From NCBI GenBank assembly GCA_002633005.1, contig NMRA01000041.1, positions 687,294-751,293 on the forward strand: DNA of 64,000 bases, given 5' to 3'. Position numbers and translations under genes: made by a program. Origin of the DNA: Phoronis australis. Taxonomy: Eukaryota > Animalia > Phoronida. Under the pieces are notes generated by a model. That model did not search any database, was not told where the DNA came from, and saw nothing but the letters and a program-made list of their open reading frames with translations. Below are positions 1-13,400 of this stretch, one piece after another (the first letter of the stretch is position 1; every line of letters begins with the position of its first letter).

Positions 1-1118
1 CACGCCGTCCTATCCACAAAAGGATCACATGTGCAAAATTTCATGAACATATGTCAAGGTGTTTTGGAGCAGCGGACGCCGGACGGACAGAGCTGATGGC
101 ATGATGCATCCACATATAATATGTGGGCGCATAAAAATTGCCACTAGGGGGGGCACAGCAGTAGTCGGATCCCTCAAAATATAATAGCTTTCCGTGGTCA
201 ACTGCATATAAAGACACTTGCCAAATTTAATAGAGATCCTGCAGAGGGCTTGGGAGATACAGTCATAGTCGCAAAAAAATGCCACTAAGAATAGCCATAG
301 TATTTCGAGTTGTCACAGCAGGAGCATAATGGCAAATGCTAATTTTTAAAATCATCCTTAGAATGGCATGGTTGATCTAGAAAACAATAAAAATGGCCAC
401 TAGATGGCACAAAATGCATTGAATCCATATAAAAATGGGAGTATGTCATCGTTTTTAACAGAAGTTTATTTACCAGATTTCATAAAAATCCGTCCGGGAA
501 CTCCGTCGGATCTGTCAGAAATTCGTTGTCGTTCATTATCAACTTCATATATATAAAGATTCTGCAGAGGGTTTGTGAGGTACAGTAAAGGGGTGAAAAA
601 ACTGCCACTAGGAGGTGCCACAGTAGTTGAAGTCGTCGGAAAATCATCGTCAGCTGTCCTCTTCATAGTAGGAACATATATATGCCATTTTTTCAACCAT
701 CCTTGGAGTGGTTTGGTTGATAGAGATGTAGACACCAAAAATACAGATTCGAAAACAGTAAAAACGGCCACAAGGTGGTGCAACATACCTCAAATTCATC
801 AGAAAACAGGAAGGTATTGTCATCTCACTAACAGATACCTATTTGCCAAATTTTATGACAATCCTTTAAGGACCTTAGAGGATAAAGAGGTAAACAAAAA
901 AAACCCACAAAATTGCCACTAAGAGGAATACCGGTAGTCCAACCTGTCTGAAAATTCCCTGATGCCATCCCATCCATGAAAAGAACATAATTTATGCGCA
1001 AAATTTCACGAACATAAATCAAAGAATTTTCAAGACAGCAGAGGAAGGCCGATGAACACCGGATGGACAGGGATGACAGCATAATGCACCCACATATCAA
1101 TATGTGGACGCACAAAAA
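1..1118 (-). mobile_element. HINE/DINE-1/pearl-like (Helentron-associated) repeat, parts of two copies
   Basis: Termini ATATGTGGGCGCATAAAAA (to ~138) and ATATGTGGACGCACAAAAA (to ~1118) next to GGAC/GACA microsatellite-like tracts. Internal units of ~120-160 bp carry CCACTAG and CCAAATTT motifs. Same family at 5280-7294, 35080-36055 and 36707-37735. Confidence 0.7.
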
Positions 1119-1493
1119 TCAACTTTTGATTTAGACAAATCATCGCTACAAACATTGATCTCAAACTGTTCCTTGTCAAATTGGAGATGATTTCCAGGCT
1201 TCAAAAGAACTGATATTTTGAGACCAAACTCTTCAAATTAGTTTTTGAAAACGTATTATTTTATACCGCAAGCACGGTTTCAAGAAACCATGAACTGCCA
1301 GTTCTTTGCAACACCACAAATTGCTTCTTTTCTGCATGCTCACAACAAGTTGAGATCATTTATACAACAGGTGGTCTACATCAAAAGTTCCCTTCGTGGA
1401 TGGAACGTTGGTACAGAGCTGCTTCATCACATATTTTGGTTAGAATAATTTACAAAAGATGTCAATACTACCACAACGAAGGAGGGTACAGAC

Positions 1494-4400
1494 CTGATAG
1501 TTTCGCCAACGTCCATGTAGAGATCATGAGTTTCTCCTTCAGCCTGGTAAGTCCAGCTCCACAACTGTTCAGTCTCATCACTGTCACAGGTAAGGAACAA
1601 TAATGACAGCTGTAATGCACTGCACACACACTCCCAATATGATGGATGATTGACTACACTCAACAAGTGACAAACCAGTAGTATGACTTCCTAAATTTGC
1701 TTTGAGATGGTGATGTAATCATATCTAAAAGCCAGCTTTATTGATATTGGCTCAACGAATCTGTTGATCACTTATACAGCTATCTTCAAGAGTTACAGAG
1801 TTTTATGAAGAGCGAGCACAGGTATCTGGTTTTCATGGTGACTCATAATGAGCCTGGGTATCTGGTACTCGAGGTGATCAAGACCACTTCCACAATGTTT
1901 GTATCTTCGTGAAAGATAGCTCTCAACTGATATTTCATAAAACAGAGACCACATCCCATATTTCATAAAAGACAGTCCATGTCCCATGTACCATGAAAGA
2001 CAGTTCACATCCCATATTTCATGAAAGACAGTCCATGTTCCACATTTCTTAAATCATAATCTACATAAAAGATAGTCAACATCTTATGTAGAATAGAACA
2101 TCTTCCATATTGAAACATGAGCCCTGTATATTAGGTTCCTTGCTAGAGTAACCATCCAGTTTCCAAACGACACTTTCCAAAAGGAGTTAATAAATGTTAT
2201 TAATCAACATGATTAAAGGCCACTGCAGATCTTGAAATCATGATGGAACCAGCCCAGACATGTCAGTATCTGTATATAATTTATTGAATTCAATCTTGAG
2301 CCAAATCAGGGCCACAGCAAATACCGAATTAATTTAAAAGCTGCTGTTCTTTATCATTAGTTCACAAGAGCTTTATTGTGTTCATTATTTTTTAGGTAGA
2401 CTTTAACGTAAAGGATACAATCTTGAGGGATGTTGAAGGGCGTGAGCTGGGATTAAGATGTCATCGAAGAAGTCAATGGAAACTAAAATATAGGAAGCAA
2501 AGCACAAAGAATTTATTCAGCAGGTGTCTAACATGGAATATACTACAGACAATCAAAAATGCTTACAACTCTGTGTAGTGTATTGAGAGTGAACAAGGTA
2601 ATGAAAGTTAGGTAACTATCAGCCTTAGTGGAGTCCTATATAATTATTCACATATTCAGTAAAATGGTATTTTTCAAATAATGCTATCCAGAACATTTCT
2701 TGAGGTAATACAGGAACTAGAAAAATGTCCAAATTTGGCCAACTTTAAAACACTGTGCCACATACTGTGTGCAGTATTCTCCAAAACACGGTTAGGATTA
2801 TTTATACAGGGCTCGACGCTATTAAAATCGCCAGGTCGCATTTTGCGACCTTGCCAAAATCCCAGGTCGCATTTTCAAAATCCAGCTCGCATTCGTAAAT
2901 GCCAGGTCGCAAAAATTTTCCCGCCATTTTTACGCGCCAAAATAGATTTTTTAGAACATCGAGAAAATGATTAGATTTTGCTCTTATCTGCAGCGTTAAA
3001 TACTCACAAATTTCGGATCTCAAAATTGACGTCATTCATGCAGGTACGGCCTTACTGTTCTTCACGACCGCCATTGAAAGACTCTAGAGCGCAAGTCAAG
3101 TTGCCGACGTGAAAGTTGAATCAGTGCTCTCTAACTGACTTGTGCATTCGAGTAGCTAAATTTGCGATGTGAAAAGGAAGAAAATGCCCGTTGAAAAAGT
3201 ATCCGGGATTTTGTTAGATCTGGCCTGCTACTGGCTGTCATCAAAGTTGTTAACGATTCAAACTAACTCGGGTAATGGCGAGTTTGCTCCTCAATACCTT
3301 CCAAGTACGGGAAAGTCAGTCACAAAACGACACGCATGTCACTAGTGTTAACTTTCTTTCCGAGGTATAAAACAAAGCCGGGATTTGGTTTTTACATATT
3401 GTGAAAAGACGTTTTTGAAACCTGAAGTTGTGTAAAATGAAAATGACACGCCATATAAGCTGCGTGTCAATTTTAAACCACACGTGGTCGTTTGTAGTGC
3501 GCTATGATAAGCACTAGCTTGAACTGTGGGCGCTTAATTGGAAATTCTCAAAATTTAAGGGGGGACTTTTAATAAATCAGTGAGCGCTTATTATGAAACA
3601 CTTTAAAGGTAGGGAGTAGGCTTTTGCGTGAGCATAGAGCATAAGATATTAAAACGCTGCAATGGTAAGAAACATTATAATAATAGGATTTTGCGAGGCA
3701 AACTCCATCCAGTAGGGGTGACTTTCTGGATATCATTACCACCTACTGTACATTGTACCCTTTTTAGCCACCTGGAATGATTTTGTTTTTAACTGCCCGC
3801 TTCAGCCGGAACAAGGTTATTTCTATAGGAGTCTGAACATTTTACGGCGACGGTGGTTCTGGGAGCGAAAAGTTGGGGGGGTTATAAAAAGAAGAATGAA
3901 AAGATCGCTAACTTGAACCACAATTTCTCATCTAGTGCCAGTTTAGTTGCAATAGCTGGCTACCGGCATAGAATACAGGGTTTACAGAACATCGACCTTG
4001 GGAAATATCGGAACAGGAAAACGTCAGTTCTGGGTTATATCGGTCCCGGGACATCGGGTCTTTTATAACCGCTGGGAATCTGAGTTCATTTTCAAATAAA
4101 CCAAGAGCCAAGCCGGTATACTCTTTCCTTTAGGACTGTCGCTGTTCTTTGAAGTGGTGCGCACGCGTGAGTTCACGCACTTGAATCGCTGGAGTAGGCC
4201 TACAGGTTTACGTTGGCAACAACGTGTGAAAGACAAATCATATGTCGAGCACGTAGCCCCAGAAACAAGTAAAGGGTTTGAGAATTTCTTGGCAACTGAA
4301 AGTAAAGACGTGACTGTCGTTTGGCGATAGTAATAAGGTTGTCATTTTCACTTTGGCTGTCTTAATACGATAAAAAGGAGAAGCACATCTCAGTCTAAGT

Positions 4401-7400
4401 CACGATTGTCTGCCGGGACCGCTTGCGCGCTAACGGCGTCGCAGTGCAATATCATGTAATAAGGACATCTTATGTGAAAAATAAACATTTTTGTCCACCG
4501 CAACGTTTGGTAAGTTGATCGCTTAAGAATTAGTAGAAACACTGGATTACCAGGAGCTGCTTTGTATTTGCCTTGTATCTGTTGAGAAGTGTAAAAACTC
4601 AGCTCGCATTCGTTGGAAATTCCAGGTTGCATTTTGCGACTTGATACGAGCTGACAAAAATCGCAGCTCGCATTTCCAAATTTCAGGTCGCAAATGCGAC
4701 CTGCAACTCGTTATGTCGAGCCCTGTTATATACTAAAGAACAGTCAAAAAGCAAACGAACAATATCCTTTGAATTTACATGGCAGAAGCTGCATAAATCA
4801 GAAACACTAACACCAATTTGTAACAGTATCTCATTTGTTTATATCATTCTATAGACAATTTTCATCTGCAACCACTTTAAACATCATTCTGAAAAATAAC
4901 TTGCCATTTGGCGTTTGGCTTTTCCAATCTGAAATCAGATTCCAGTCTTAGGTAAATTTTTTATATAAATTCCAAAAACGCTTGCACCTATGAGTAACAT
5001 GCACAACTTGACAATTCTCAAGTCATAAGACGTTACTAAGTGATTGAAAAAGGAAAAACAACTCTCCGTTACCCTGAACACCCTCCTTGTTGCAACTTTT
5101 AATGGTCCCTGTCAATACTTCATCCATGAACGGCCGGAATACCACATATCTGAAGTGCACTGCAAACAGATCTCAAATTGTTAGAGCCTCTAAATTATAT
5201 AAACAAGAGCAACACAGAGCATTGAAATGCGCCCATGAATGCACTGCAAACGATGTGCTTCTAGAGTTGTTCATTTCTATCATAAAAATGGCCGCTAGAT
5301 GGCACAACATCCAATTCATCTGAAAACGGAATGTGCCATCGCTTCTTTGATAGAAAGCTATTCACCAAATTTCATAAAATCTGTCAAGGAACTTCAAAGA
5401 AACAAAGGGAAGCCGAAAAAATGAAACTGCCACTAGGGGACACAGCATCCGTCTCAAAGTCGTTGTCTATTGTTAGCTTCATATTAACACACCACCGGTA
5501 CTTAAAATTTAATAAAGATCCTGCAGTGGGTTTAGGACATAGAGCTATGGCCGCAAAACAAAACAAAACCACCACTAGGTGACACAGTAACCGAAGTTGT
5601 CAGCGTAACCGTCTTCTTCACACTGAGTACATGAAAATTTTCAAAATCATCCTTAGAATGGTTTGGTTGATAGCGGGGTGAATGCCAAAAACAGACTCGA
5701 AAACAACTAGATGGCGCAAAATACCTCGAATTCATCCGAAAATGGGAGGATAGCGTAACAGCAACAATACATGCCTATATTCCAAATTTTATGAAACTCT
5801 GTTGAGGACCTTTGAACATAAAAAACTAAAATTGCCACTAGGGGGACAGATCCGTGCGAAAGTCGGTATCGTTTGTTGTCAAAATCATATAAACACACTT
5901 GCTAAATTTAGTAAAGATCCTGAAAACTGCTTAGGAGATACAGCCATAGGCGCAAAAAAACAAAACTGCCACTAGGAGGCAGCACAGTACTTGAAGTCAT
6001 CGGAAAATCATCGTCAGCCATCCTCTTCATAGTAAGAACATATATGCCAATTTTCACAATCATCCTTAGAGCAATTTGGTTGATAGAGGGGTGGACGCCA
6101 AAAAACAACTATGAAACAGTAAAAGTGGCCACTAGGTGGCGCAAAATACCTCAAATCCTGAAAACAGGAGAATAGCTTCATCGCACCAACAGATGCCTAC
6201 ATTCCAAATTTTATGAAAATACGATGAGGACCTTTAAAGATACTGGCAGTTCGATCCGTGCGAAAGTCGTCACCGTTTGTTGCCAACATCATATAAATAC
6301 ACTAGCTAAATTTAGTAAAAATCCTTTAAACGGTTTAGGAGATATATACAGCAATGGGCACAAAAAACAAAACAAAACAGCCATCAGGAGGTGCCACAGT
6401 AGTGGAAGTCATCGGAAAATCATCGTCAACCATCCTCTTAAGAACATTCATGTCAATTTTCACTATCATCCTTAAAGCGGTTTGGTTGACAAAGGAGTGG
6501 ATGCCAAAAAACAAAATCGAAATCAGTAAAAATGACCACTAGGTGGCGCAAAATACCTCAAAGTTATCCAAAAATGGGAGGATAGCGTCATCTCACCAAT
6601 AGATGCCTGTATTCCAAATTTTATGAAAATACATTGAGGACCTTTGAAGGTACAAAGGTAAACGTAAAATACTAAAATTGCTATCCGTGCGAAAGTCGTC
6701 ACTGTCCGTTGTCAACATCATGTAAATGCACTTGCTAAGTTTACTAAAGATCCTGCAAACGGTTTAGGAGATATAGCCATGAGCGCAAAAAACAAAGCTG
6801 CCACTAGGAGGCGCCACAGTAGTCGAAGTTGGAAAATCATCATCAGCCATCTTCTTCATGGTAAGAACATAATGCTAATTGTCACAATCATCCTTAGAGT
6901 GGTTTAGTTGATAGAGGGGTGGACGCAAAAAACGATTCAAAAATAGTAAAAATGGCCATTAGGTGGTGCACACTACGTTGAATCCAATCCAAAAACAACA
7001 GAATACTTAAATCTCACTAATGGATGCCTACATTCCAAATTTTATGAAAATACATTGAGGACTTCTGAAGATACAGACTGCGGTAAGCGTAAAAAACTAA
7101 AATTGCCACTAGGGTGCACACCGGTAGTCGTAGAAGTCCGAAACTCATTGTTATCTGTTGTCAGCTTCACAGAGATACAACTGCCAAATTTCATCAAGAT
7201 CCTGTAAGGGGTTTAGGAGATACAGCTGCGGATGCAGGACAGACAGAGATGACGGCAATATGCGACCATATATAAATATGTGGGCGCATAAAAAGTTGAT
7301 GTCAAGCTGTTCCGAATGTAATTAATCTGTCATCAACAATTTTATTTCTTTAAATGCAAAATTCTAATTCTGCATATGACCAGAAAAATCACATATCCCT

Positions 7401-10400
7401 CCTCTATGCACTACCAGTTATTGTCCTGAATCTTTTATACAGCACCATCTGTTGCTCTGAATTTTATACAATACCATTTGTTACCCTGAATCTTTTATAC
7501 AATGCCATCTGTAGCCCTGAATGTTTTAGACACAACTGTTTGTTGCTTGGAGTCTTTTATACAATACCATTTGTTATCCTGAATCTTTTATTCACAACTA
7601 TTTGTTGCCCTGAATCTTTTATACAATTAAATCACATGCTGGATTTTCCTTAGATGAGCCAATGAAACGCTCATGGGCGTTTATTCGGAAAGTTACGCTG
7701 AATAAATGCCCATGGTCATTAAGTTCCTCTTAAAAGCCCACTCAGCGTCAACCTTTAGTCATAGATTTAGTTTTGTGGAGCATTATAAAAACAAAGAAAG
7801 TGTTGGTGACCTATGTATTTACTAACATGAAATTTAAAAACACAGTTTCAAGCAAAAAATGTCAAAGTCAGGAAACCTCTTGACATAGGCCTATGTGTAT
7901 TCAGTCCATGCTGGGATTTGCATAACCAAAACTGACTCCGTTTTACACGATCCCCTTTTCTGAATAAACGCCCGGGTGTTTATTTTGTGTTACTAAAACA
8001 CCTGAAAATTTTTATTTTCCAAATACAGGCCCGTGGGCGCATGTGTGAAAAATCCTGGTAGCTCTATAAAATTGAAAAAATGAGAAGATAATAAAATTTC
8101 TAAACTGGTGAAACTGTACAGTATTACTGATCTTTTATGCCATGGCTTCATAGGCAAAGTAATGCTTATTTTGGGAATATCAATGCATCACTTACCAATA
8201 TAAGGCCATGGCTTCATAGGCAAAATAACATAGTTTATGGGCACTCGTAAAGGCCTTTCCCTCATCAGTAAATGTGGACACTTAACCTGAATCGATGTTA
8301 ACAGCGAGAGTTAACTCCGAAGTAAAGAGATGGATATAACAGCGAAGCATGTACGCTTCATTACAACAGGAACACATAGCTTCAATTTTATCGGAGTTAT
8401 CGGCGGGGATCACTGCCTACGCTTGCCAACAGCGGACGGTGACTGTTTACTAATTGTTAATATTTTGTTCACATAATTATTGGCAAAATAAGCACCATTC
8501 TGTTTTAATTTATTCATGTATTTGCTGAATTCTTTACAATAAAATCACTGAACGTGAAGTGTATGCAAAACAAGTTCCCGTCGCACCATACTGCCTTAAT
8601 TTTGTTTAGATCAGCTGTTAGCCTGCTCAAGAGTCAATCTTTTCAGAAATCATTTTCTAGTACATCGTCGTCGTCCCAAAGTGGCAACTGTTGGGTGCAA
8701 TGTAAAGTTGACATTCTAGGTTCTATTTGGGGAGAAGGCGAGGCCCTTGCCATTTTTTGATGGCATGCACTGACAAAAACAGCAAGGTATATGACCCCAG
8801 GTCAAATTAACGCCACCTTGCGATAACTTCGCTGATGGGAACACTTTTGTCTAATGCCATTAACCACAGTTAACATCGAAGCTTCAGCAGTAGGGAAGTT
8901 AACTGTATGGGAAAGGAACTTTCAAACGATCCGATCATGGCCACGTACATGTATGTGGGAGTTTACAGTTAATTATTGGTAATAACAAACCAGTATCATG
9001 GTCAAGAACTATAATTAAGTTAGCCTTGTGTGCATGAGAGATTGCAAAATTGCGATTACCCGTACAAATAGCAATTATAATATATTAAGCACGTTAAGTC
9101 AATGTAAACTTAGAGGCTTGTAACGCAAAAATAGGCTAAACTGCATCATTCATGATAGTTCTTTGTCACTGAAACAGATTTCAACCTGCTCATCTTGTAT
9201 TTTTACGGTTTGTATGTAAAGATTTTGAATTTCTGTTGATGTCAAAGAAAGCACGAATAATGAGTTTTTGTATGTTCCTTACACGCTTCTTAATAACTTG
9301 TAATATTACCAGCAAATTAAATTTCAAATAACCACATGAACAAGTGATTACACCATCATTTTAATTAACACCACCATTCTAATTTAATAACACCCCATAC
9401 TGAAGTATATAAAACCAACGTTGTCTTCTTAATACATCGACAAAGAAGACTTCTGACTTCACCGAAATTTCTCCTGTTGGTCAGTATCTTAAAGTTTTGC
9501 TATGTATTGCATTCACTAAGATGTTGGCATATCCTAGAAATCATCCTTCAGATACAGGGAGATTACTGGTTTTAGGAAATTATTTTTAGCTTTGAACAAT
9601 AAAAACAAAATTGGTTGTTTTTGTAATTTTATTATAGAACGCCAATGCTCGTGTATAGCATACTGTCGTCAAGATCTTTTGTATGTTCCGATGACACCAT
9701 TTCTACTTTGTTTTCAAGGTAATCATGAAGAACGCTGCAGTTTTCCTCACTTTGTTGGTAATCACAGTTGTGGCAACTACAACGTAAGTAATTTAGGAAT
9801 TTCGACACACTTCAGTTTATAGCTCATTTTTTAAAATTGTCGTATTGCATATTTCAATCTTTGCAGAGTTACAAATCTACAAAAATTTTGGGACCCACCT
9901 AATTCATTTTCCTTTACAGTTTCAGAAACAGAGGCATCTCTATCAAAAGTGAAATCTACCTAAGTTACTGAAAAGCCACTTTTAATTGAAAACATCAATT
10001 TCATAGCAAGATATCAGTTTTATGTTTTAAGGTTTTTAATAATATTTCCACCTTTACTGATTCTCTTTTGTCAGCATATGTAAATGATTTTCCGGATTTT
10101 GTGAACTTCACATTTTAAAATTTTTGCTTCTTTGAAAAGGTGTAGTGTCAATTTTTCATTTATTTTATTTTTATGACCCTAGAGTTTTTATGCTATAAGT
10201 AAAAGACCGACTTGAGTAATTTTAACTTAAACAGTGTCCCCATCAGAATGCGCAATTCGACCTTTTCAAAAGCATGCCAAACCACTTCGATTAATAGAAA
10301 AATTGACAAAATGAGCTTTGAAGCTTTCGGAAAAAGGTCGAATGTGAGAAATTGTATAGTGACATCATCAGATTGCGACAAGATGGCTTCTTCGCAATTA

Positions 10401-13400
10401 ATCCTAACATTAAAGATCAACTCAAATCTGAGAGTACTAATTGACGCAGTAGGAACCCTCATCACACGTTACCACGTCGTCTAGTTCTCGTTGCTGACAC
10501 TCTTAACAATAATGATGATATTGTCATCAGAAGAGCCGATATGTGATTACGAACAAAGCCAAATATTCTGACAAGCTTGGTCGATTGATTAGTGATCCTG
10601 ACAAGTTCCAGTCTATTAGCCGTACACCCATTTTAGACTTGAAACGCGAGCTGAACATCTACATCAGACCGGTTAACACGGAAGCTGATAGTCACACATT
10701 TAATGTAATTAAAGGTGACTATTCTGAAGGGTATATCTATGAGAATACCAGGACTCACAAACCTAACCAACCCCTGCATCCCGTAATCTCACGAGTTCTC
10801 ACGCCATCTTACAAAATTTCCAAGCACCTTGACCAAATTATCAAGTCGTACATTCAAAGCAGACATTCTATCAAGGCACGTGACAAGTTCATTGACATTC
10901 TGCGCACCTCAACTGCCTTGTCAGACTACCAACCGATGTTACTTGATGTTGAGTAGTACCTGTTATAGAAACCAATTACATTATTATTAGTAATTTATAT
11001 CATCAGTCATTTGTGAAACCACCTGATATCTCACAGGCTAGGTTACATGCTTTGCTAACTATATGTACAATCAAAGTCCCCTTTGGCATATAAATGGTAA
11101 GCTGTTTTTGCAAAAAGATGGCGTCAGCATAGGTTCGCCGTTAGGCCCAACGTTCTCAGAATTTTACATGTCAGAAGTTGAAAAACGGATTGCTCAGCAT
11201 ATTGGGAAAAGTTCCCATCTATGTCCGCTGTGTTGATGATAACTTTGTATATTGTTTCTGTGATGAGCTGTTGTCCCTTCAGACCTTGCTTGAGTCCAAT
11301 TCTGTATTAAAGGTTCAAGTACGAAATGCCTGTCCCTGAAAAGTTGTCTTTTCTCGATGTCCTTGTACATTATTGTGATGGTGGGTTTTGTATTTCAGTT
11401 TATCATAAACCCACGGATATTGGTGCCTGTTTACATGCTATAAGTGATTGTCCCGAAAGCTACAAGCTTGCGGTTTTGACTAGTTACCTCAAAAGGGCGC
11501 ACCAGATATCATCCGATTGGCAAGCATTTAACGTTGAAGTTTAACTCATCAAGCAAGTTCTAGTTAATAATGGTTATTCTAATTCTTTTGTTGATAGCCA
11601 TGCTAGGTCTTTCATATCGAGGATTGGCTCCCTTGTAGACACTGAACCAAGTACTAGGACCACAGAGAACATGTATTATAAGAACTGCATGTCTAATAAT
11701 TATCCGAGTGATGAACCCATGGGCAGCGCACCACTTTTTTAAGTGCTGCTTCGCCCATGGAACATGTGCTTAAGAAGAATGTAAGGGATAACTTAAGGTG
11801 GTCAAACCTGGTGACAGATTGAATGTAGTAATTTATTATCAGAATATAAAGTCACGTCACTGTGTCATGACAAACAACCCCAGTGGCCAAATGTAATGTT
11901 GTATACCAATTCACATGTCATACGGATGAATGTATTCATCTTCATTCTCCTGAACAGCATTACATAGGGCACATGGCGTGTTCTCTCTTGCGACTGTTGG
12001 CCATATACTTGCAGGAGGGATCCATTCAAGATCACTTTGTACACCAACATGGCCGAAAAATAACTATCATCATTCTCTATGTTGAAAATGATATATTTTG
12101 GCTAAATATTTTGGAATCCCTAGTGATTAGTGATGAAAAACCTGTGTTGAGTGAAGAGCTCACAGGTGTGTATCACAAACTGGCTCTGTTTCGATAAAGT
12201 TGCGGGCTTTCTACCATGTGTTGCATTGACACACTTTCTGCTTGTATGCTGTCAGGTGTATTTCACTGTTTATTTCGCTCTGTATATTTTCATTCCACTC
12301 ATTGCCTGATGATGTGACATGAAGTCACGAAATATAGCTACTGCTTTTGTTTATTTGTTGTGTCTCTTGGTTTTTTACTTCATTCCTGCACACCATAAGA
12401 AGGGACTGTTCTGAAATTACGAAAGTACCAGCATCAACCTCGCTAACAAAAAGTGTAGTCGTGTGTTTAACGAAATGCTGCTTTAACAAATGAATCAAGT
12501 GAAACTTAAAAAAATGTCAGATCAAAGCATATTTGTTTTCACTGCAGTGTCGTCGATGCATTTGCTGCTGGAGGTGGTAGTTTCGGTGGTGCGAGAATTG
12601 CTCGGGTTGTAGACACTGACATGGATTCACAGATCAGTTCTCTTGAACAAGAAAGTCTCAGCTCCAAACATGAGAAGAGGTTAGTCAAATTTTGTCTATA
12701 GATGCACTTTTAAAACACAAAATACACGTAACTAGTACGTTTTAAAAGGACCACTTGTGACTGTGCATAGACTAGGAGAATCAAGTAGTTTATATCGAAC
12801 AATCCCTTATATTCTGAAAGACTAATTAACCCCTTCTCCTCCAACGATGGTGAATGATTTACATTTTTATAAGAATCATGATTAGCTGTCAAAGATCATA
12901 TGACTTGGAATGGTGTACCTTTTTGAGAGTGTTTAATATCTATATAACTTTATTTACAAGACGGTATTTGTCCATGCTGCTTCTTCTGAACCATTATGTA
13001 TTGAGCAAACGGTTGTTGCATGCGTCATAGTATGTGGTGTTGGATTTTAATTTAGTTCATTTATCATTAATACAATGTCATATTTTTGATTTTCAGAGAA
13101 ACATCGAATTGAGAAAGAATAGCAAGCTATTTGAAATATGAATGTTGGATCATATATATTCAGTAATAAAATTAAGTCTTTACACACAGCTGATTTATTT
13201 TGTTAACACCAAAATATTTTAGGTAACAATTACTAACAAGGGTCCCAAGTTTTTGATAACCAGTTTCCTTCACAACACATGGCTTAAAATGACCAATGAC
13301 CAAAACAAGGAAAAATTGCAAGGTGATATATCATACCACAAATAGGCTTGTGTGACAGAAATATTTTTTGGGTTGTAAAATTTAACAGAAACAAACGTCA

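Larger units (their letters stand above)
10200..12395 (+). mobile_element. decayed Penelope-like retroelement (RT + GIY-YIG endonuclease)
   Basis: Frameshifted fragments [69 protein letters not shown] and NVVYQFTC...HYIG. Hammerhead-like motif near the 3' end. Boundaries approximate. Confidence 0.9.

Noticed and set aside
25-1115. Short ORFs in the HINE-like repeats (also 5331-6542, 35240-35997, 37124-37324)
   Set aside because: They are chance translations of non-coding repeat units on both strands, with no recognisable domains.
9867-9963. Alternative terminal exon for the nested peptide gene (acceptor TTTGCAG, giving ...[14 protein letters not shown]...KST*)
   Set aside because: In frame, but it gives a poorer signal-cleavage site and I saw no nearby AATAAA. 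The 12548 exon completes the VDA motif. Cannot be excluded without cDNA.
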